Of a stretch of 64,000 nucleotides of DNA, positions 1 to 10,104 are shown piece by piece. Both the position numbers and the translations under genes were made by a program. A model generated the notes under the pieces. The model was not told where the DNA came from and searched no databases. It saw nothing but the letters and a program-made list of their open reading frames with translations. The stretch covers positions 1,250-65,249 of the forward strand of contig CAZSUZ010000001.1 of NCBI GenBank assembly GCA_964610165.1. The letters are read 5' to 3'. The DNA comes from an uncultured Gammaproteobacteria bacterium. GTDB taxonomy: Bacteria > Patescibacteriota > Microgenomatia > UBA1406 > GWC2-37-13. Numbering within the stretch: position 1 is the stretch's first letter; each line of letters opens with the position of its first letter.

Positions 1-28
1 ACCATATATTACTAGCTATTTTTATGAA

Positions 29-313
29 ATGTACAAAAGAATTCCTTCACCTAAAGAAGTTACCTCTAATACATTTTGGGTAGTGGTTTCTATTGTAGGT
101 TGGGTATTATCGATTGGATTATCAATAGCCTTTTTTGCAGCTATCATTCAGGGTGCACAAGATGCAATAAAAAATGGAGAATTTGAAAAAAATTTGAAAA
201 TGATTCAAGAAGATTCAAAAAACACAGATCAATCTGATTATGATCAAGATATGCAAGAACTAGAGGAAGAAATCGAAAAAATGATGGAATCCAATAAAAC
301 AGATCAAATCTGA
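29..313 (+). CDS. hypothetical small protein with one TM helix and an acidic C-terminal tail
   Basis: 94-aa ORF. Hydrophobic stretch FWVVVSIVGWVLSIGLSIAFFAAII followed by a D/E-rich tail. No recognisable family motif. Confidence 0.4.
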   Translation: MYKRIPSPKEVTSNTFWVVVSIVGWVLSIGLSIAFFAAIIQGAQDAIKNGEFEKNLKMIQEDSKNTDQSDYDQDMQELEEEIEKMMESNKTDQI

Positions 314-480
314 TTGCTATAATAAAATAATGCTATCTTTGTTTAATAAACCAATCTTACGTAAAATGATGTCCATATTATGGATTGGACTTTTTGCATT
401 TCTCATTGCTTTTGTAATTGATCAATATTATATTTACGATAAGAAGTGGTATTTTATTTTAGAATTACTTGCAAATTAAT

Positions 481-783
481 ATGATTTTTAGATTCGACAG
501 ATTTTTTTTAGATGAAAAAGATTTATTTATTTTCTTTTTTGGTACTTTCCTTGCTGTAAGTCACTTTCTAAATTTTTCTCTTGAGCCGTTTAGAATAGGT
601 TCATTGCTTGTTCTTTTTTTCTTTTTAGTAATAACAAGAAGTATGATAAATGCTATGCGTTTTGAAGCATATTTTTTTATTACATTATTTGGGCTTTTAT
701 TTTCTTTATTTCTTTCTCCATACGGAACAGCTATTTATCTTTTTATAGCAATGCTTATTTATTTAAAGTGGGGAAGAGTTTAA
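481..783 (+). CDS. hypothetical integral membrane protein
   Basis: ORF track 469..783 starts at TTG. The first ATG is at 481. Very hydrophobic with about 3 TM segments. A separate 49-aa hydrophobic ORF (330..479) lies just upstream in another frame. Confidence 0.35.
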   Translation: MIFRFDRFFLDEKDLFIFFFGTFLAVSHFLNFSLEPFRIGSLLVLFFFLVITRSMINAMRFEAYFFITLFGLLFSLFLSPYGTAIYLFIAMLIYLKWGRV

Positions 784-818
784 TTAACTTCGTTGAGTGT
801 TAAGCATTTATTCATGCA

Positions 819-3047
819 TTATTTAATTACTACTGTCTGTGGAGGTTCTTTGTCATGATTACAATCAACACAGTATTTATTAAACATGTCATACAATACG
901 GTTTTTTCTTTCATTTCCACAGCAGGATTATTTGGATCTGGTAAATACTGATCAGTATCTTTATTTACTGGTGTTTGTTCTTTTACAATTTTAGATGGAG
1001 TATTTGTATCTTTAATAAGATATTCAAAACGGGTTGGACAATTAAACCCTTCACCTTGTCGACTGGCTCGTGCACCTGTATCACTACATACTTGTACACC
1101 TTCTACATTTGGAGGTTTTACTAACTCTAAATTAGGTTGGTTTGCAAGTAAATAAGTCATAACTCGATTCCAAACAGGCGAAGCGCCAGTTAAACCAGAA
1201 GCAACGCCCTGATTCATAGGTGTAAAGTCGTTGTTTCCTACCCATACTGCAACTAAAAAGTTTGGTGAGTAGCCAATTGTCCAGTTATCTCGTAAATCAT
1301 CTGTAGTGCCGGTTTTTACTGAAACAGATTTATTAGGAATCACAAGTTGAGAATTTGTGCCAAATGCAGCAGATCTTGCATTATTATCTTGAAGAATATG
1401 TGAAACAATATATGCTGCATCTTCTGAAATTGCTTTTTTACCACTCATTGCTAAATAATTTGGCAATTCCATAGGTTCCATAATTTTTTTTACAAAATTA
1501 GGGTCTTTATACTCATATAAAACTTTGCCATTTTTATCTTCTACTTTAAGAACATAATTAAGCTTTTGAGGAGTACCACGGTTTGCAAGTGCAGAAAACG
1601 CTTGCGCCATTTCTGTCATAGGTACTTCACCTCCACCAAGAGTAAGAGATAATCCATATTGTGTTGGATCTTTAAAAGAAGTAATCATGAAGGCTTCTGC
1701 TGAAGCAATAAATTCCTCAACACCATTATATGCAAGCATTTTAACAGCTGGAATATTATATGAATTAGCTAGTGCGTATCTTAGCTGAACTGGACCATGA
1801 AATCCACCATCATAATTTTTTGGACAATAACCTTTTGGTTGACCGGGTGAAGAAAAACAAGTCGGTATATCTAGAAACATAGTTGAAGCAGTTACTTTTT
1901 TACTATCTATACCAACAGCGTAATTAATAGGTTTTATAGAACTACCTGGTTGTCGTGTATTAGCGGTGGTAACGTTAAATGCTCCAGAGCCGGTGGCAAA
2001 ATAATCAACGGATCCAACCATCGCTAAAATTTCACCAGTTGGTGGACGAGTTACAACTAATGCACCGTTTGTTACATTAAGGTTTTTAATTTCTTCAACT
2101 TCTTCAGCTAAAATTTTTTCAGCCTCTTCTTGCGTTGGTAGATCAAGTGTTGTTGTAACTTTTAATCCACCTTCTTCTAATTGTTGTAATCCATATTCTT
2201 TTTCGAGTAATTTTTTTACTTCAAATACAAAATGAGGAGCTTTTATAGCTATATTTGGGGGTTCAACAACTATTGGTGTATTTGTTGCCTCATTATATTG
2301 TTGTTCGTTAATATACCCTTCATTTAACATACTTTTTAGAACAGCATCTCTTCGTATTTTTGCTAGTTCAGGATTAGATTGTGGTGAATATAAAGTTGGA
2401 GCTTGTGGTAAACCAGCCAAAAGAGCAGCTTCATGCAATTTTAATTGAGATGCTGGTTTGTCATAATAATTTTTTGCTGCTTGTTGAATACCGTAAGAAG
2501 AACCACCATAAGGAACTTGGTTTAAATACATTTCTAAAATTTCTTCTTTAGAATAAATTTGTTCTGCCCAAACAGCAAGAATTATTTCTTTGGCTTTTCG
2601 TTGAATAGTTCGTTCCGGAGAAAGTAATGCACTTTTAATAAGCTGTTGAGTAATTGTAGATCCACCCTGTAAATTATTAGTCCTAAAAGAATCACGAACT
2701 GCACGAAGCATTCCAGAAAAAATAGAAATACCACCATGTTTATAAAAATCACGATCTTCTATTGCAACGGTTGCTTGACCAACATAATCTGGTAATGCAC
2801 TTAATTTTACTGGTGTTCTATTTTCATCTTTATAAACTTCATATAATAAATTGCCATTTCTGTCGTAGATATGAGTAGAAAGAGGAACAGATTTGTAATC
2901 TTTCAAAGCATATGGGGTTGGTAATCCGTCAAAAATAAATAAATATGCGAGTGAAATAACACTAAGAATAATTACAAATAAAAAACCACCACCAAGGGTT
3001 AAAAATAAAGCTTTCTTTGATAGTTTTTTAAACTTAGGTTTTGTCAT
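819..3047 (-). CDS. class A penicillin-binding protein (bifunctional glycosyltransferase/transpeptidase, PBP1A-like)
   Basis: N-terminal TM. GT51 motifs EDRDFYKHGG, GGSTITQQL, RKAKE. Transpeptidase motifs SSIK (SxxK), SYN (SxN), KTGTT. Confidence 0.93.
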   Translation of the reverse strand: MTKPKFKKLSKKALFLTLGGGFLFVIILSVISLAYLFIFDGLPTPYALKDYKSVPLSTHIYDRNGNLLYEVYKDENRTPVKLSALPDYVGQATVAIEDRDFYKHGGISIFSGMLRAVRDSFRTNNLQGGSTITQQLIKSALLSPERTIQRKAKEIILAVWAEQIYSKEEILEMYLNQVPYGGSSYGIQQAAKNYYDKPASQLKLHEAALLAGLPQAPTLYSPQSNPELAKIRRDAVLKSMLNEGYINEQQYNEATNTPIVVEPPNIAIKAPHFVFEVKKLLEKEYGLQQLEEGGLKVTTTLDLPTQEEAEKILAEEVEEIKNLNVTNGALVVTRPPTGEILAMVGSVDYFATGSGAFNVTTANTRQPGSSIKPINYAVGIDSKKVTASTMFLDIPTCFSSPGQPKGYCPKNYDGGFHGPVQLRYALANSYNIPAVKMLAYNGVEEFIASAEAFMITSFKDPTQYGLSLTLGGGEVPMTEMAQAFSALANRGTPQKLNYVLKVEDKNGKVLYEYKDPNFVKKIMEPMELPNYLAMSGKKAISEDAAYIVSHILQDNNARSAAFGTNSQLVIPNKSVSVKTGTTDDLRDNWTIGYSPNFLVAVWVGNNDFTPMNQGVASGLTGASPVWNRVMTYLLANQPNLELVKPPNVEGVQVCSDTGARASRQGEGFNCPTRFEYLIKDTNTPSKIVKEQTPVNKDTDQYLPDPNNPAVEMKEKTVLYDMFNKYCVDCNHDKEPPQTVVIK

Positions 3048-3085
3048 GGTTTCTTATATTATACATATAATAAGAATACATTCTA

Positions 3086-4492
3086 TTATGGTAGTCTTGG
3101 GAAAAGAGGTGTTACTTTTTCAATCCTGCCACTGGTTGATTTCATAATCTTTTCAGCAGTTTCTGGCATAAATGGTTTTAGTTCCCATGCAATAAGTTGT
3201 AGTTTCTTTAACCATTCAATTAAATCGTTACCACGTTCTTGTGCTGTTTTTTTCCAGGGTTCTTTTACGTTAATTTCTTTATTCATCTCTTTAATAGAAT
3301 CCCATACTTGTTCAAGCGCACCATTAAAATTAAAAGAAATAATATTATCTGTAATTTCTTTACGAGGATAAATTTCAGAGTTTGTATTTGTGATATTATC
3401 TGTGCTGGCGAGTGTTGTAACACGAGAAATTAAATTTCCCAGTTCATTCGCTAAATCTGCTTCATATAACTGTTTCATTCGTTCATACGAAAAATCTCCA
3501 TCATCTAAGCTTGGAATTTCTCGCAATAAATAGTAACGAACAGCATCTGTTCCATAGGTTGCCACTAATGAAAATGGATCGACAACATTACCTAACGATT
3601 TACTCATTTTTTGACCATTCATTGTAATAAACCCATGAATAAATATTTGTTTTGAAGGTGGTAGTTGTGCAGACATAAGCATTGCTTGCCACATTGCAGA
3701 TTGTTGTCGCAAATTGTCTTTTCCAGCAACCTGAATTCCTGGCCAATAATCTGTAAAGTCTTTGTCGTTATCTGGCCAGCCAAGTGTAGAAATATAATTT
3801 ACTAATGCATCAAACCAAACATACATAACATGTTCATCATCTCCGGGAACTGGAACTCCCCAAGACATTTTAGTTTTTAATCGAGATATACTAAAATCTT
3901 CTAACCCTTTTTCTACAAAGTTTTTAATTTCTTCCAAACGATACGAAGGCTTTACAAAATCTGGATTTTCTTTGTACAACTGTAACAGTTGTTGTTGATA
4001 TTTTGAGAATTTAAAAAAATAGTTTTCTTCGTTTATAAGCTCTAATTCACGATTCGGATGAAGTGGACACCTTCCATCTACTAATTCAGACTCAGTTTTT
4101 GCAAGCTCACAGCCAACACAATATTTAATTTGATAATTTTTTTTATAGATATCACCATTTTCTAAACAGCTTGTCCAAAATGTTTGTGCAGCTTTTTTAT
4201 GATGTTCATCAGTTGTTCGAATAAAGTTTGTATAACTTAAATTGAGTGCTTCTTTTAATTTTTGAAATCTTGCAGCATAAGAATCTACATATTGCTTTGG
4301 ATCTTGACCTTTTTCTGTAGCATTCTGATAAATTTTTGCTCCATGTTCATCTGTTCCTGTATTAAAAATTACTTCATGTCCTGCTAATCGTTGTGCACGA
4401 GCCCAAGTATCTGCTTGTACAATCTCAAGAGCAAATCCAATATGTGGATCAGCATTGACATAGGGTAAAGTGGTTGTTAAATATTTTTTCAT
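3086..4492 (-). CDS. metG: methionyl-tRNA synthetase
   Basis: Class I signature PYVNADPHIGFALE (HIGH-like), KMSKSLGN, Cys knuckle CVGCE...CPLHP. Start overlaps the upstream stop (TAATG). Confidence 0.9.
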   Translation of the reverse strand: MKKYLTTTLPYVNADPHIGFALEIVQADTWARAQRLAGHEVIFNTGTDEHGAKIYQNATEKGQDPKQYVDSYAARFQKLKEALNLSYTNFIRTTDEHHKKAAQTFWTSCLENGDIYKKNYQIKYCVGCELAKTESELVDGRCPLHPNRELELINEENYFFKFSKYQQQLLQLYKENPDFVKPSYRLEEIKNFVEKGLEDFSISRLKTKMSWGVPVPGDDEHVMYVWFDALVNYISTLGWPDNDKDFTDYWPGIQVAGKDNLRQQSAMWQAMLMSAQLPPSKQIFIHGFITMNGQKMSKSLGNVVDPFSLVATYGTDAVRYYLLREIPSLDDGDFSYERMKQLYEADLANELGNLISRVTTLASTDNITNTNSEIYPRKEITDNIISFNFNGALEQVWDSIKEMNKEINVKEPWKKTAQERGNDLIEWLKKLQLIAWELKPFMPETAEKIMKSTSGRIEKVTPLFPRLP

Positions 4493-4908
4493 TATTGTTT
4501 TATGTTAAATAATGTTGACAGACCTATTATAAACGATAGAAGTACCAATGCATTAATAAGATCAAATCCGATAAAGTAACTCATTAAAAGAAATATGAGT
4601 ATGAATAGTGTAGAGAATACGTGAATTTTTTTTCCAAAGTAAGATGTAATTATAGAAAAAATACTTGTTAGTAATAAAATAAAGGGAACTACGGCGATTG
4701 GGCTACTTGGCGGAATATAATAAATCCATCCTATAGCGCTTAATACTAAAATTGAGAGTAAAACTAATGTATTGTCTCTAAAAAAGTTTTTTGTTCCTCT
4801 ATTTGAGTTGTGTTTTGTGTGTGGTGTTCGAATTAAGGTCAATCCCTCCTCTGGATTATCTTTTTTATGCCCTTTTTTGTCTATTGAAATGTTACCTAAT
4901 GATTGCAT
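4492..4908 (-). CDS. hypothetical membrane protein
   Basis: 138-aa ORF with a basic N-terminus and then 3 hydrophobic helices. Translationally coupled to metG. TACAAT lies 5 nt upstream of the ATG. Confidence 0.5.
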   Translation of the reverse strand: MQSLGNISIDKKGHKKDNPEEGLTLIRTPHTKHNSNRGTKNFFRDNTLVLLSILVLSAIGWIYYIPPSSPIAVVPFILLLTSIFSIITSYFGKKIHVFSTLFILIFLLMSYFIGFDLINALVLLSFIIGLSTLFNIKQ

Positions 4909-4960
4909 AGTTAATTGTACTCTTGAAACTTACGATATTATCTATTATAATCTCTAAATC

Positions 4961-5236
4961 ATGGCACAAAATCAACTACCAGAAAATAAACAAGAAATTA
5001 TCGAAATGTTTGCACAGAAAGATGGCGACACAGGTTCTCCAGAAGTGCAAGTAGCTCTTTTGACTTTCAAAATTCAAAGACTTACTAATCATTTAGAGGG
5101 TAATAAAAAAGATAATCACTCCCGTCGTGGTCTTTTAAAAGTAATTGCAAAAAGACGACGTATTCTTAACTATCTTCAAAAATTAGATGAAGCCCGATAT
5201 AAAGAGCTCATTGAAAAATTAGGTCTTAAGAAATAA
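4961..5236 (+). CDS. rpsO: 30S ribosomal protein S15
   Basis: 91 aa. [14 protein letters not shown]...RLTNHL...[23 protein letters not shown] is typical of S15. Conserved rpsO-pnp synteny. Confidence 0.95.
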   Translation: MAQNQLPENKQEIIEMFAQKDGDTGSPEVQVALLTFKIQRLTNHLEGNKKDNHSRRGLLKVIAKRRRILNYLQKLDEARYKELIEKLGLKK

Positions 5237-5404
5237 TAGCTAATTATTTATTATTAATTTAGTGAGTAGAGTAGAACGAAATAGCACAAGAATTGTCATC
5301 TTAACTTATTTTAAAGATATTAGGTGTAATACTTTGAAACAAGCCAAGATGGCAACTGCCTTTTACTCTTTCGCATATAGTCTCTCACGTGATATATTTT
5401 GTAT

Positions 5405-7525
5405 ATGATGAAATTTCATGAAGAATCCATTGATATTAATGGACAAAAACTAACCCTACAGTTTGGTAAATTAGCCAAAGCTGCAACCACATCTGTTTTC
5501 GCAACACTCGGTGAAACAAGTGTTTTGGTCACTGTAACAGCAGGAAAACTTCGAGATGATTTGGATTATTTTCCACTTCAAGTTGAATATGTTGAAAGAC
5601 TGTATGCTGGTGGCATTATTAAAGGATCTCGTTGGGTAAAACGTGAAGGTAAACCAACAGATGAAGCAATTCTTAAAGGTCGTATCATTGATCGTTCAAT
5701 TCGTCCTTTATTTCCAAAAAGTTACAAAAGAGATGTACAGATTATTATTACATTGATGCAGGTTGATGGAGAAAATGATCCAGAAATTCTTGCTTCAATT
5801 GCAACATCTGCCGCAGTTCATGTATCTTCTATTCCTTGGAAAGGTCCACTTAGTACACTTCGTATGGGATATGTCCCTGCAGAAAATGGTGGAAAAGGAT
5901 CGTTTGTTGTAAATCCAAGACCAGAAGAAAAACAATATTCAACACTTGATTTAGTTGCAACAACATCTAAAGATAAAGTATTGATGATTGAAACAGAAGG
6001 TGAAGAAGTAGAAGAAGAAATTTTTAAACAAGCATTAAAAGAAATTAAAAAAGCAAATGCACCAATTATTGATTTTATTGAAGGAATTCGTAAACAAATT
6101 GGTCTTCCAAAAGAAGAAGTTTCTGAACATGTTGTTGATGAAAAACTTGAAAAGCTTATAAAAACAGACTACAAAGCAGAAATTGATGGCATTATTGAAG
6201 AAATTGCAGCAAAAGAATCTGGAAGTAGTGTAAAAATGCAAGAATTAGTTAAAACAATTGTAGAAAAAGTTGGTGAAGAATTTGATGAAAAAACAATTAC
6301 TTCAGCAGTTGACTACATTTACAAAAAAACTATCTGTGCAAACACAATTGAAACTAAAAAACGTGTAGATGGACGTGCATTAGATGAAATTCGTCCACTA
6401 TCTGCAGAAGTTGGTATTTTATCTCGAACTCATGGAACAGGCTTGTTTCAAAGAGGAGATACACAAGTACTTTCTATTGCAACACTTGCTGGACCAAGTA
6501 TGGGACAGTTTATTGAAAGTCCAGAAGGCCAGGAAGAAAAGACATATATTCATCATTATAATTTTCCTCCATATTCTGTAGGAGAAACTGGAAGAATTGG
6601 ATCTGTTTCACGTCGTGAAATTGGTCACGGTGCACTTGCTGAAAAAGCAATTGAACCTGTCCTTCCATCTGCAAAAGAATTTCCATACACAATTCGTGTT
6701 GTTTCAGAAGTGTTAGGATCAAATGGTTCAACATCAATGGCTTCAACATGTGGATCATCACTTGCGCTTATGCATGCTGGTGTACCAATTAAATCTCATG
6801 TGGCTGGTATTGCAATGGGAATCATGACAAAATCAGATTCTGAATATGCAATTCTTACAGATATTATGGGAATTGAAGATTTTTCTGGAGAAATGGATTT
6901 TAAAGTTACAGGAACAGAAAAAGGTATTACAGCAGTACAATTGGATGTAAAAAATGCAGGACTTACAGATGAAATGGTTTCAGAAACAATTGATGCAGCA
7001 AAGAAAGCAAGAATGACAGTTCTTGAGGTTATGAATAAGGTAATAGCAGAACCTCGTAAAGAAGTTTCTGAACACGCACCAAAAGTTATGGTCATTTCAA
7101 TTCCTCAAGAAAAAATTGGTGAAGTTATTGGTTCCGGTGGTAAAACCATTAAAGGTCTTATTACAAAAACTGATACAGACATTAATATTGATGAAGAAGG
7201 AAATGTAACAATAACTGGTATTAAGAAAGAAAATGTAGAACGAGCAATCGGTATGATTGATGCCATGACACGAGAAGTAGAAATGGGTGAAGAATTTGAA
7301 GGAGAAGTAAAAAGAATTCTTCCATTTGGAGCATTTGTAGAAGTTCTTCCAGGAAAAGAAGGCATGGTTCATGTCTCAAAAATGGGAGCAGGATTTGTAA
7401 AGAATCCAGCAGATGTAGTTCAAGTTGGACAAGTTGTAAAAGTACGAGTCATTCAGATTGACCCACAAGGTCGTATAAATCTTGAAATGATGAATACTAA
7501 ACGTGACGAATCGAGACCAGAATAA
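5405..7525 (+). CDS. pnp: polyribonucleotide nucleotidyltransferase (PNPase)
   Basis: Two RNase PH-like halves, KH motif IGEVIGSGGKTIKGLI, C-terminal S1 domain GEVKRILPFGAFVEVLPGKEGMVHVS. ORF track starts at TTG 5399; the first ATG is at 5405. Confidence 0.95.
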   Translation: MMKFHEESIDINGQKLTLQFGKLAKAATTSVFATLGETSVLVTVTAGKLRDDLDYFPLQVEYVERLYAGGIIKGSRWVKREGKPTDEAILKGRIIDRSIRPLFPKSYKRDVQIIITLMQVDGENDPEILASIATSAAVHVSSIPWKGPLSTLRMGYVPAENGGKGSFVVNPRPEEKQYSTLDLVATTSKDKVLMIETEGEEVEEEIFKQALKEIKKANAPIIDFIEGIRKQIGLPKEEVSEHVVDEKLEKLIKTDYKAEIDGIIEEIAAKESGSSVKMQELVKTIVEKVGEEFDEKTITSAVDYIYKKTICANTIETKKRVDGRALDEIRPLSAEVGILSRTHGTGLFQRGDTQVLSIATLAGPSMGQFIESPEGQEEKTYIHHYNFPPYSVGETGRIGSVSRREIGHGALAEKAIEPVLPSAKEFPYTIRVVSEVLGSNGSTSMASTCGSSLALMHAGVPIKSHVAGIAMGIMTKSDSEYAILTDIMGIEDFSGEMDFKVTGTEKGITAVQLDVKNAGLTDEMVSETIDAAKKARMTVLEVMNKVIAEPRKEVSEHAPKVMVISIPQEKIGEVIGSGGKTIKGLITKTDTDINIDEEGNVTITGIKKENVERAIGMIDAMTREVEMGEEFEGEVKRILPFGAFVEVLPGKEGMVHVSKMGAGFVKNPADVVQVGQVVKVRVIQIDPQGRINLEMMNTKRDESRPE

Positions 7526-7543
7526 TTACGTTATAAATAAAAA

Positions 7544-7576
7544 AGACCAGAGACTAAACACTCTGGTCTTTTTTTT
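7544..7576 (+). terminator. intrinsic terminator after pnp
   Basis: agaccagag (7544-7552) pairs with ctctggtct (7561-7569). 8-nt loop, followed by a run of 7 T and preceded by an A-run. Confidence 0.85.
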
Positions 7577-7681
7577 GTAATAACCGTACAATCCTGATTT
7601 ACAACTGAATTACTGCATGTTATTATGAACTATTAACTGCAATTATATTAGTTGTTTATTTTAAGAAACAGATTCTAGTAG

Positions 7682-7687
7682 TACAAT
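7682..7687 (+). promoter_or_regulatory. -10-like TACAAT 6 nt upstream of the ftsK ATG (possible leaderless promoter)
   Basis: TACAAT at 7682-7687, spacer aaaggt, ATG at 7694. Confidence 0.4.
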
Positions 7688-7693
7688 AAAGGT

Positions 7694-9799
7694 ATGGGAA
7701 GAAGAAAAAAATCCACATTTGGAATACGCATTAATGGAAAAACATTTTTAAATCTACTTGGTTTTTTTGTCATTCTTATTGCTCTTATAATGTTTGTATC
7801 TTTTTTTCAGATGTTTAGACAAGGGGATGAAAGTGGACAAATACTTACAGAAGTAAATCAACAATTATTTAGTTTGTTTGGTTGGCTTTCGATTATTACG
7901 CCAATTATTTTATTTTTAGTATCAGGACATTTTTTTAATTCAAAAAAACTACAATTTGTTAAATACAACGTAACTATTGGAGTTGTAGTACTTTTTATTT
8001 CTATGTTGGGTTTGTTTCAAACCGGAGCATGGGGTCAAGCAATTTTTGACAATTTGTCACTTGATTTTTCTGCACTTGGCGCTTTATCAATCTTAATAAT
8101 AGGTTTTATTGTAGGTCTTATTTTATTCCTTGATACATCTATAGATGTTATCTTTTTAGCAATTGGAAAAGTATTTTCTCCAATTACAGCTTTATTCCAA
8201 AAAATGACAGAAAAGCCGTTGGTAATTCCTAAACTTGAAGGTAAAGATAATAAACAAGATGATGGATTTATTAAGGATAAAGTTATCCCTCATAAAATTG
8301 AGCCAATACAAATTGTGCCACAAGTTGCAAAATCTGCCGGCAGTGATTTATCAATAAAACCTGTTATTCAAGATTCTTCTACATGGGTATATCCTCCAGT
8401 TACCTTATTACAAGAAGTAAAACAAAAAGATGCAGATCGTGGAGATGTTAAAGCAAATGCATATACAATTGAAAAAACACTTGATAGTTTTGGTATTAGA
8501 ACAAGAGTTTCTGAAGTTAATTTTGGACCAACCGTAACACAGTATGCAATGGAAATTACAATGGGAACAAAATTATCAAAAATTACAGCGCTTGGAAATG
8601 ATTTAGCTCTTGCACTTGCTGCTCCAACAGGGCAAGTTCGTATAGAAGCACCAATTCCTGGAAGATCATTGGTAGGTATAGAAATTCCTAACAAAAAGCC
8701 ACAAATTGTAACCTTAAAGACAATTTTAGAAGCAAATGTAATGGCTGAAAAAGATGATCCATTATTAGTACCACTTGGTTTAGATGTAGCTGGATTGCCA
8801 ATTGTTGCTTCTATTTCTAAAATGCCCCATGTACTTGTTGCTGGTACAACCGGTTCTGGTAAGTCTGTCATGATTAATGCATGGATTACAACTCTGATGA
8901 TGAGAACTCGCCCAGATGAACTTCGTATGATTCTTGTCGATCCAAAACAGGTAGAAATGACACAATATAATGGATCACCTCATTTGTTAACAGATGTTAT
9001 TGTAGATCCAAGTAAAGTTGTCTCTGCACTACGTTGGTGTGTTGCAGAGATGGAGGCCCGATATAAAGAATTAGCTCAAGCAGGAGTTCGAAATTTAGAA
9101 GGATATAATTTGCTTGAAGGAATAGAAAGAAAACCTTATATTGTGTTTGTTATAGATGAACTTGCTGATCTTATGATGTATGCCGCAAATGAAGTAGAAG
9201 ATTTAATTACCCGTATAGCACAGAAAGCTCGAGCAGTTGGTATCCATTTAGTACTTGCAACCCAGAGACCATCTGTAGACGTAATTACAGGTCTTATGAA
9301 GGCAAATATTCCAAGTAGGTTAGCATTTAATGTTTCTTCCATGATTGATTCACGCGTAATTATTGATATGCCTGGTGCAGAAAAACTATTAGGTCGAGGT
9401 GACATGTTCTATTTGCCACCAGATCAGGCAAAACCTCGTCGTATTCAAGGACCATTTATTACAGAACATGAAGTAAAAGATGTAGTTAATTTCTTAAAGG
9501 CACAAGTGCCAGTAGTTCACTATACAGAAGAAATTACAGAAGCTTCCCCTGCAATTAATAATGGTGGAGCAATGGGGAATACAACAGGCAATGAAAACAG
9601 AGATGCATTCTTTAACGAAGCAATTCAACTTATTGGTCAATCAGACAAAGCATCTGCATCATTACTTCAACGAAAACTTCGTATCGGATATGCCCGTGCT
9701 GCCCGTATTCTAGATGAACTAGAAGCAGCAGGCTATGTTGGCCCTGCAGAAGGTTCCAAGCCACGAGAGGTTATAAAACGAGGCATGCAGGAAGGCTAA
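7694..9799 (+). CDS. ftsK: DNA translocase FtsK/SpoIIIE
   Basis: N-terminal multi-TM region, Walker A VAGTTGSGKSV, Walker B VFVIDELADL, C-terminal gamma winged helix LLQRKLRIGYARAARILDELE. Confidence 0.93.
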   Translation: MGRRKKSTFGIRINGKTFLNLLGFFVILIALIMFVSFFQMFRQGDESGQILTEVNQQLFSLFGWLSIITPIILFLVSGHFFNSKKLQFVKYNVTIGVVVLFISMLGLFQTGAWGQAIFDNLSLDFSALGALSILIIGFIVGLILFLDTSIDVIFLAIGKVFSPITALFQKMTEKPLVIPKLEGKDNKQDDGFIKDKVIPHKIEPIQIVPQVAKSAGSDLSIKPVIQDSSTWVYPPVTLLQEVKQKDADRGDVKANAYTIEKTLDSFGIRTRVSEVNFGPTVTQYAMEITMGTKLSKITALGNDLALALAAPTGQVRIEAPIPGRSLVGIEIPNKKPQIVTLKTILEANVMAEKDDPLLVPLGLDVAGLPIVASISKMPHVLVAGTTGSGKSVMINAWITTLMMRTRPDELRMILVDPKQVEMTQYNGSPHLLTDVIVDPSKVVSALRWCVAEMEARYKELAQAGVRNLEGYNLLEGIERKPYIVFVIDELADLMMYAANEVEDLITRIAQKARAVGIHLVLATQRPSVDVITGLMKANIPSRLAFNVSSMIDSRVIIDMPGAEKLLGRGDMFYLPPDQAKPRRIQGPFITEHEVKDVVNFLKAQVPVVHYTEEITEASPAINNGGAMGNTTGNENRDAFFNEAIQLIGQSDKASASLLQRKLRIGYARAARILDELEAAGYVGPAEGSKPREVIKRGMQEG

Positions 9800-9803
9800 A
9801 AAA

Positions 9804-9823
9804 AACCTACCCGAAGGTAGGTT
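9804..9823. terminator. hairpin between ftsK and a minus-strand small ORF. The T-tract lies on the minus-strand side.
   Basis: aacctacc (9804-9811) / ggtaggtt (9816-9823) with a cgaa loop. A-run upstream on plus, so a U-run follows the hairpin on minus. Only TT follows on plus. Confidence 0.6.
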
Positions 9824-9846
9824 AATCAATTCTATGTAGATGTATA

Positions 9847-9999
9847 CTATTCATTCATGCTATCAGCCATTCCACCTGCAGCAACTATAAGGAATCCAAG
9901 GACACAAATTGCTATAACTGCCAATGGTATTAGGCAAAATAGCGAAGATGGATTTTCAGATACCCAACTAAAAAATATCTGTACGTCTTCTAAATTCAT
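9847..9999 (-). CDS. unannotated 50-aa small membrane protein
   Basis: Hand translation of the minus strand gives MNLEDVQIFFSWVSENPSSLFCLIPLAVIAICVLGFLIVAAGGMADSMNE. AAGGTG lies 6 nt upstream of the ATG. The hairpin plus U-run at 9823-9798 is downstream. It is below the ORF-track length cutoff. Confidence 0.45.
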   Translation of the reverse strand: MNLEDVQIFFSWVSENPSSLFCLIPLAVIAICVLGFLIVAAGGMADSMNE

Positions 10000-10104
10000 T
10001 TTAAACACCTTTACTATATTATTTTCCTTAGACTCCGCAATATAAGTTAGGAAAATAGATTGATATTATAACAAATGCAGTATATTTTATACAGTGGAGA
10101 AAAG

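Noticed and set aside
6035-9405. Antisense or alternative-frame ORFs inside pnp and ftsK: 6035-6241, 6384-6581, 6510-6761, 6796-7095, 7097-7372, 7105-7365, 8368-8871, 8780-8965, 9136-9405.
   Set aside because: All lie wholly inside strongly supported conserved genes. Their composition is low-complexity or odd, with no start signals. These are typical shadow ORFs.
9857-10045. 62-aa plus-strand ORF from the track.
   Set aside because: It has no SD or promoter-like signal. The opposite strand has a better-supported 50-aa ORF with an SD and a terminator.
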